Positions 55,846 through 64,000 of a stretch of 64,000 bases of DNA are shown here, piece by piece. The translations under genes were made by a program, and so were the position numbers. The stretch's first letter is position 1. The number at the start of each line of letters is the position of its first letter. This DNA comes from the human T2T-CHM13v2.0 reference genome, Homo sapiens. The stretch is from NCBI RefSeq assembly GCF_009914755.1, contig NC_060938.1. One strand, 5' to 3'. The notes under the pieces are model-generated. The model did not search any database and had not been told where the DNA came from. It was given only the letters and a program-made list of their open reading frames with translations.

Positions 55846-58311
55846 TGAAAATAAGTTGATATTTATTTAAGGAAGTAAAATGAAAATTTCACATGAATAT
55901 TAAAATAATGCATATTTCAAATAATTTGAATGTTGAGATAGACCTTTTGGCCTACATACAGACACTTGGCAATTGTTCTTTCTTGAGGGGTCATCAGGGA
56001 GAGGTTCACTGTGGCTACTTATGTAGGATGTTCTCTTGAAGGAGAGATCTTTCGTTTTTCTGGACTTGTTAAATGTCATACCAACCAAAACAACAACAAC
56101 AAAACACCCGTCTTTGACTTAGAGTTTCACAGTGCTTCTAATATTCCTTCTCTTCTGCTCTCTACTTCTACAGAAAGTGAAATATTTAAGGAGGCATGCA
56201 GTAGATGTTATTTCAGAATATATAGAAACTGTCCAGTGACTTTATGACAAAAAAAAAGATTAGTTTTGAGAAGATAAAATAATTGCGGCATATGGTCTGA
56301 TGAACTGGATTTTTTTTTTTTTTTTTCGGAGATACGTCAGTTTTTAGTTGGGAGAATTCAAAAGGCCATCAGGTGCATATTGAGAATTTTGTATCATAAA
56401 ATTCTTATTCCAAAACATAAATGCAAATAAGGTTGATAAGAGGAACAACGCCAAGCTTTGGCTCTTTGGAGCTCTTGTAGAAAAACAAATACACAAAAAT
56501 AAGGTCATGAATTGTATTTCTTAGCACTTAACTGAAACTGGGGACAAGAGCCATCATTCGTTGTGTTTAGTATGACAACATACTAGAAGGTTTTTTTTTT
56601 TCCTGTTAGGTATTTGAAAAGCTTAAAATTTGGCACAGGACTGTAACATCAGGAATCCCTTCATTCCCACCTCTCTCTCGTCTTTCTTCTTCTGCCCCCT
56701 TTTCTCCTTACCAGTGGGAAACGAATTTAGATGAAACAATTTGATGAATGGATTTTGAGCAATTTCAGTGAAGAAATATGTACTTACAGGTTCAATTGGG
56801 TTTCTAGTGTGTTAATACATTATCAGAGTCATTTATAACCTGCATTCTTATGGCTGTAAATTAATTTCATTATATAATTTATATAAAAAAGATAATAGAT
56901 TGATGCATGTTATTATTTCCTTACCTTCACTAATTAGGTTATTACTAAATGAGATCAGCTAAATTCTGAAGCTTTTAATGGAAAATTGATGTAGCTATTG
57001 TGAGCTCTGGAAATCTTATTTCTTTGTTCTATCACTATAATATGTGTATAAGGATTCATCACCAAAACTTGATATTTAAGTCAAATTAAAGGGCATTTTT
57101 ACTGTAGTGATCAACCTTATACAATTTATGAAGATTTGTTTTTAAAAACAAAGTTCATAGAGAAATTAATGTTTCACCTTTTCCCTTATAACCAGATGGC
57201 TTCTGGAGGGAAAACTGCTTACAGCTTATTCACTGGCTTCTCAATGACTTCAGTGCAAGATGAATAATTTCAGGGGCCACTTTATCTTGACTATGCTGTT
57301 TAGTAACTAGTGTGATTGTTTGTAATGAAATGAAAAGAGAGACTGAAGAACGTAAAAAATGAGAAACTAAGGAGGAAACAGGGAGAAGGTTAATAACTCA
57401 TTCTGAAAATACCTGTAAGATTTAGCCATGCCCTAAAGTTTTAATCGGTTGGGCCACATTTTATTCAGAAATTTAGTGAGGAGCCTATTAACCACCAAGA
57501 CTTCATTTCTTTTCATATATAATATTTATTTGAGATTTGGGGATTATTCTATATCTTCTGATATGAAATTATAATAATGTGACTTTCACTACTGTTAGAC
57601 AAATACTGATTGTCTTTCTTCCAGGGAACCTCAAAGAATTCAAATATGCTACTTAGTATACACACTAATGTTTGCTCACCCTTTGAGCATAAGCTCAAAT
57701 TTTATTGTGGCTTATCTTCTCCAAAAAATGGGTAGGTCTCCACTTTTCTAACATGTATAATGAATTATTTAGTGTTTGTCTTCCTTGATGAACCCCCATG
57801 CTTGTCACAGTAGCTGGTATATTAGGAATTGAATCGGATAGAAATTCACAAATACTCCTCTATATGTATTTGAAAAAGCTTATCCACATTTGTTAGTTGG
57901 AGGAAACCAACACAAAGAGATTAAGATTTGCCCATGATCTCTTGAATCTCTAGAATCCTCATTTACTGAATTTTATTCTAATACTCTTCTTAAGGTAATA
58001 CTATAATCCTTAAAGTTAAATGTAACCTATGGCTAATGAAAGCTGAAAGCTAAGGCATACATCTAAGCACAAGCCTAGAATTAAGAAAATGCTAGGTCTT
58101 ACACTAATCCTGCTACTAGTAAGTTCAGAGAAGTTACTTGTATAAGTATGTATATGAATTATCCCCTGAAAAGTTGTTTTCTTGTTTTTTAATTCTAACA
58201 ATGTTGTACTGAAGCTGTTTTAATGTATATTTTCAAGAGATGTGGTACAATATGGTCGTTTGAGAATGTGATATATTGCTTTTTCCTCATAGCACTTATC
58301 ACTACCTTAGG

Positions 58312-58361
<50 letters not shown>
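58312..58361. repeat. (TCTA)12 tetranucleotide STR
   Basis: Perfect 50-bp TCTA array. Confidence 0.97.
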
Positions 58362-58399
58362 AGTTGAGGAGCTCCTCCTCCTCCTTGGCTTCATCTATA

Positions 58400-58531
58400 A
58401 TGGAAAAGCCATGACAGCCTGAGAAGAAGGACTTTGTCTATGTTTTTCACTACTGTATCCCACCTTTAAGAACAGTCCCTCAGTCAGTAATGGTGCATAG
58501 ATAGCATTGGGTTTGTCAGTGAGTGAATGAA
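58400..58531 (+). mobile_element. L2 3' end
   Basis: gaagaaggactttgtctatgtttttcactactgtatccc...gaacagt...gagtgaatgaa. Confidence 0.7.
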
Positions 58532-60454
58532 CCATAAATGTATGTCATCAGCACCGGCTCTATAGCTTAGCCTCAGTCTTAGTGAACTCTATGACCTACC
58601 TTAAGTGACCTTATTGAAAGCCTTGAACCACAACTTTAATAACAGTTCTGGTAGTATCTTTATTCTGCTTTTGGCTTTGATTGTTTCTTTACTTGTGTCT
58701 TTTGCCCAAATGGATTAACTATTTGAATGTATTGTTGCTAAACATTAATGTAGAATCTCCTTCCACTGTTATTGTAGGATTTTAAGGTTGTGGCATTTGT
58801 TGTTGTTTATAGGTCGAAATTTTTGTAGAATAGACAAATCAAGAATGATGACTTCTTAAGATGCAGTATTCAAGTTCAGAAATCTATACTCAGATGACCT
58901 TATGTAGGTCATCTGCTTCTGAGGTTTATCTCACCAGTGGTAAGTGAAATGGTATGAATATATAGTACTTCAAATAAATGATAGTGTAATAAACTAACCA
59001 GTCTCTGAGAAAGATAACCTGTCTTGTGGAACAGCAATCACTCAAATATAAATGAAATAGCTTACTCTAAGGTGTAATTATTACTTATTACTGTAATTTA
59101 GTTTTGACTTCAAATCCCCAAGCCTGAGTATCTTACTCATCCTGGATGTTTTAATAGTATTAGAAGTCTCTTGGTTTCCTAAAAATTAAGACTTTGTTCC
59201 ACATGCAGATATTGGAAATTTATTTAATAGGCCAAGTGACTGAAGTGTTAATTTCTGTTTTGAAATATTACAAGAATCATGTAAATATGGCATGTTTCTA
59301 AGAAGTGAATTGGGAATAGATTTTATTGAACAAAATCTATTCATAGCATGTGGCTGCTCTATAAATCCTGGACGATTGTAGTAGAATGTGTGTTGGTTTG
59401 CAGATGTAAGGAAAAAAACATAATTCACTGCTATGCTATGGTAATAATAAGTTCCTAGAGGGAGAGCAGGCTAAAAATAATTTATTGAAACTGCCCTCAA
59501 TTTCTAAAGACATTTCTGAATTCTATTTAGAACATAGCCATTGATTACAAAGTGTGATTTGAGAAGGCAAAAGAGGCCAACTTTCCTGCAAACAAATTAA
59601 GAGATGCATATTGACTGCAGGGAAGTATGTCATCACTGAGAAATCGAAAGCAATGGGACTTTAGGAAATCAATCAGCAGTCCAGTCAAATTAGATTTTTT
59701 TTTTCCTCATACTTGCTGGAACCCTATGTAGAATGTACATATTTTCAGCAGATACAAACTTTTAATTTTTTTAGTAAACCCAGTTCAACAAAATAAATAG
59801 AGGATAGGTTACAGGTTCTAGTTCATTCATATCGCATATTTTCAGAGCCCTGATAGAACACAGAAGTCCCTTGGAATCCTATGTAGGTGTATATCATCTT
59901 ATGATAATTTTTGTCCCAGTAACCCATTTTTCTTAATGGTCTAGTTTGAATGCCCTTTGGGAAGACATGACTCTAATCTGAGACCAATAACCAGCTTTCC
60001 ACATTTATTTTGACCCCTTTTGGGGACTAAAAAAAATGCGTATCTTTTCAATACATAAAAAGACAATAGCACTATATGCTAGTCAGTTCTACTTGATTCT
60101 CTATGCTTATAAGGTCAAGGTCATTCTCCTTTCTGAAATAATGATAGGAGAATGTTCCTAAAAGTAAAAAGTCGAATACTGGAATCAGTTAGATCTCAAG
60201 CATATAATGATTCATGGAAGCATATGTATATTGTCACAGAGTTTTTTTTTAAGATAATAAACCAGAGACCTTATAATAAATAAGAGCAACATATATCCCG
60301 AATTTATTATTTTCAACATAATGATATATATTATTTTCAGACATCTTTAAAATATTTTTAGAGAATTGAAAACATATCCTCTAAATATATCAAACTAGGA
60401 TGTGATTGATAAAATGGGGTTGAAGTGGATCTTAAGTCAGTCTTAACTACTTGT

Positions 60455-60556
60455 GTGTTTCATTGTGTGCTTGTGTAAGGCCCTATGCTAGCCGCAATGA
60501 AGGGTATAAAAATGCATTTGACACAGTGTTTATCCTCAAAGAGATTATCCTCTAAT
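60455..60556 (-). mobile_element. L2 3' fragment
   Basis: cattgtgtgcttgtgtaaggccctatgctag...gacacagtgtttatcctcaaagag. Confidence 0.55.
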
Positions 60557-61407
60557 ACTGTGTGCAGTTAACACAATCTCTGTGGAATTTTTTTTTTAGA
60601 GAGTTGAAAACATATCCTCTACTTATATTAAACTAGGATGCATAAGAGGGTTGATAAAATGGAATTCAAGTGAACAGTAAGTTAGTCTTAAATACTTGAG
60701 TTTAATTCAAACTTGTTTAAGTGTATTTCTTACTAGAAAATGTCCACTTTCTTTCTATAAGTGGTCTAAGACAATAAAAGTGAAAGTATTTCAAAACTAC
60801 TTTTAATTTTTCTTCATTTTTATTTCAAAAATACTTTTAATTTTTCTTCATTTTACCAGATATTATTAGAGATATTAAAAACAGAAACAAATAGTATAGA
60901 TTTTATGATTGTAAAACAATATATGCCAAGAGTGAATAATTTGGATAGCATGGATTTACTCAAACAAAGAAAATAAAAAGCATTCATAATTCCACCACCC
61001 AATCATGAACACTGCAAACACAGAGATAAGGCAGTCTTGACTGCCATTGCCAAAATTTCTCCAATTTTGTGTCAAGATTACAGAATAAATGCATACTGTA
61101 GCTTTCCTTTCCAGCTTCAAAAACTTAGCAATGGAAGATATTATAAAATGAATAAATGCATACATATACATAAACATGTTGGTAAAAGCAGTGGGGAAAA
61201 ATTATAATTATTCCCTTGAAAAAAATTATCAAGAATCAGATTGAAGAGAAAACATAGCAATGCATGGATGGGGCCAGTTATGAAAGGTGGAGGTTGCTCA
61301 AGGAGTGTTCCTCAAATAAGATCATGAAATTGCCCTCTTCATTCCCGTCTTGGGAGATTTATCTGCCCCTAGGTAGGAGCAGTGAGAGTTTCAAACTTTT
61401 TTTTTCC

Positions 61408-61447
61408 TATATGTAAATATATATGTATTATATATATATATATATAT
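61408..61447. repeat. (TA)n microsatellite
   Basis: Interrupted TA run. Confidence 0.85.
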
Positions 61448-61559
61448 TTCCAGAGTGTTTTCAAAATAAAAATCATTATTATAACATACATACCATTTTG
61501 TAACTTATCTAACAAATTATTGTAAGAAAATAACTTGCCTACAAAATCATAAAGTTCAG

Positions 61560-62060
61560 ATGCAGTGTAATTTATTTATTTAAACAATTACATCTTTCTC
61601 TATTTTAAACAGTGCTGCATTGAACATCCTTATAGTAAAATCTCTTAATTTATTTGCCTTTTTTCAATACATGTTTTGATAAATTAAATTTTAGTATTAT
61701 TTTATAAGTAAAAAATTGGGATTTTGATTAGATTTGCTTTAAATCTAAACATTAATTTGTAGAAATGTCTTAAATCTTTACAACATTTAAACTTATGTAT
61801 GGTAATGTCTCTATTCAAGTGCTTATATTATTCAATACTTCTGAGGTTTTCTTCACTTTAATCCTAAATATTATGCATAAGTATTTTTATGTTGTTCATA
61901 TAGTTCTTTTTAATCTTTGAAGATATTGATATATATATATATGCAAGTTACTGGCTTCTGCATATTTATTTTTAAGTATTTTAGAAATTATCTTGTTAAA
62001 TTTAATATTTTTTTATTTGACTATATTCATTATAATTCTTCATGTACTTTCAGGTTTTCT
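61560..62060 (-). mobile_element. Very old L1M relic
   Basis: aaacagtgctgcattgaacatcctt; attgggattttgattagatttgctttaaatctaaacattaattt...atctttacaacatt. Confidence 0.55.
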
Positions 62061-64000
62061 TCTGATTGCCAAGTGTTCTTTTTACCCCCAACAGGCATCC
62101 TGACTCAAGCTGTATACATTTGCAATATCTGATTTTTAACCACACACTCTTCATCCTATTGACCCAGAGTGAAAATTGATACTCTTAGCTGAAGGACTGT
62201 TCCCTTGAGTATATTTAAACCAGACCAATCTCTGTGTTTAATCTGGGTTCATCAGGAACCATTAGCCTTGATTGGTTTGTTTTTCTCCCCCTCCATCTCA
62301 GGACTTGATTCTATTGAGTTAACAACTATTCTCCCCAGAGAACAGCTACCGCAAGCCTGTTTCAAGTAATTCCAATATCTGGCTCTTAGAAATTGAACTG
62401 ATCTTTTTTTTCTTTAGTTTTATGTGAAGAACTGCAGTAATGAATTCTGAATTTGTTCAAATCATTGAAGATGTGTGAAGACAAAACATTCACTCAAATC
62501 TCTATCATGTTAGCATGTTATTTATCATTGCTCTGTTCTTCATTGTTGAATAATGCAATTGAGTTAAAAAGAATAAACATTATTTACCGAAGACTCATAT
62601 GTTGATATCCAGTAAATCCTCATTAATCACAATTTGACAAGCTTGCAATTTCTGGTATTTCAGGAAGGAACTAGGTATATGTTTATCTGTGCAAAATATC
62701 AAAAAATGCATTAGTAAGCCTTTTAGTAATGTAAATAAGACTGCGGAAGAATTATTAGAGCAAACTATATTTTGTTTAAACTATTCCGGCATAACACATA
62801 ACTCAGAAAATAAGACAATCTATCGAAGCCTTACAAATTACAATCTGTGAGGCCTGTCATAACTTTCATAAGAATGCTTAATTACATTGTGCTGCTGATA
62901 TAAAGAACCCATCTCTAAATACAGTTAAAACATTATCCAGATTTTCAAACATAATTTCAAGGGGGATAATAAGTAGAAAAACTACGGGGTTATTTTTCAG
63001 ATCATATATTTCTAGCTCTACTTTTGAATATCTGTGACTCATGACTTCAAGTAAATATTTTACCTCTTCTGAATCTAATTGCTTATCATTTAAATAAAAA
63101 TACGTCATTGTGCACATTTCATGGAGTTGCTAGTGAACATAAGGAGCTTGAGACTGAAAGCTACCTTAAAAATTATAAATCAACAAAATTCTGAATACTC
63201 ATTACTATGTTCTGGATTACTCTTATTATAAATTTGCAAAATAATTTTGTCTTCAGTTTTTGAATTCTGTATGGCAAGGAGCACAATGGCTTGTGTTAGC
63301 TTGTCTATAAAATTGTAATTGGTATGAAACAGCTTTGATAATTACCTCAGCTACAATATTCTGAATAATTTTCAGTTTAGCTTAAAATATTAGAACAAGT
63401 GGCTATTCATGAATAAATATTACTGATATCTTGAAAGAAATAACAAGATTCCTTCTTTAAGCTCTTAAACTCTTTCCATGCTGTAAATTAAACACATCAG
63501 TAATAGCTAAGAGAGAATTCTGATACACCATCGTTTACCACTATTATAGCACAAATTTTGGATGTGACAAATTTTAAATTAGTAGATGTTATTTTCCCAA
63601 ATAAACAAAAGGAGAATCTAACATGAAGCAAATTCAAACTACATCTTTATAAGACGTTTTATAGCCATGTAACATAAAGGCTAATACTAAGCTGTCATTA
63701 GTTAAATGATTAAGTTTGGAAAAATTATTATTGATGACTAGTATTGCAAAGTGTTAAAGTATTAAACATTACATCTCCTTGTGTCACTAGGTACTTTCCT
63801 TCCTCATTCCAGGCAGCAACACAAGAAAGCATTCATTATTTTAAGGGAGGACAGTCTCAGGAAAACAGCAGAACAAAGGCATAGACCTAAAATTCTTACC
63901 TTTTAGATTCGAAGTGGTTCTCAGGTATAAGACAACAAGATTTGAGAAAAACAAGCAAACAAACATGATCACACACAAGGAGTTCTTTCCCAAACTATAC

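Noticed and set aside
62878-63117. 79-aa minus-strand ORF with protein-like composition
   Set aside because: No family recognised and no convincing acceptor/donor pair.

Overview
This is AT-rich, CpG-poor primate (very likely human) genomic DNA from a long intron or an intergenic region. The lineage is shown by primate-specific Alu (J/S/Y), L1PA, MSTA/MSTB, MER1A and MER50 repeats. I found no recognisable protein-coding exon, CpG island, tRNA, rRNA or CRISPR array. The listed ORFs that resemble known proteins are read-throughs of L1 or Alu; the rest resemble nothing I recognise. Interspersed repeats cover much of the window: about 16 Alu/FRAM copies, several L1s, L2/L3/MIR relics, MaLR/ERV solo LTRs and Tigger/hAT DNA transposons. 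Many keep readable target-site duplications (TSDs). Subfamily names come from my recollection of consensus sequences and need RepeatMasker/Dfam confirmation. I cannot support a novel biological system here. The best leads are: (i) a 79-bp nested inverted repeat at 17078-17156; (ii) a perfect 20-bp palindrome with a TCACGTGA core in a MER50 solo LTR; (iii) a 16-bp ETS palindrome inside an ETS/octamer cluster at 16.3-16.6 kb; (iv) a box C/D snoRNA-like layout at 58833-58930; (v) two old local duplications of non-repeat DNA (32.1/33.7 kb and 60.36/60.59 kb); (vi) a few well-formed candidate non-coding exons.
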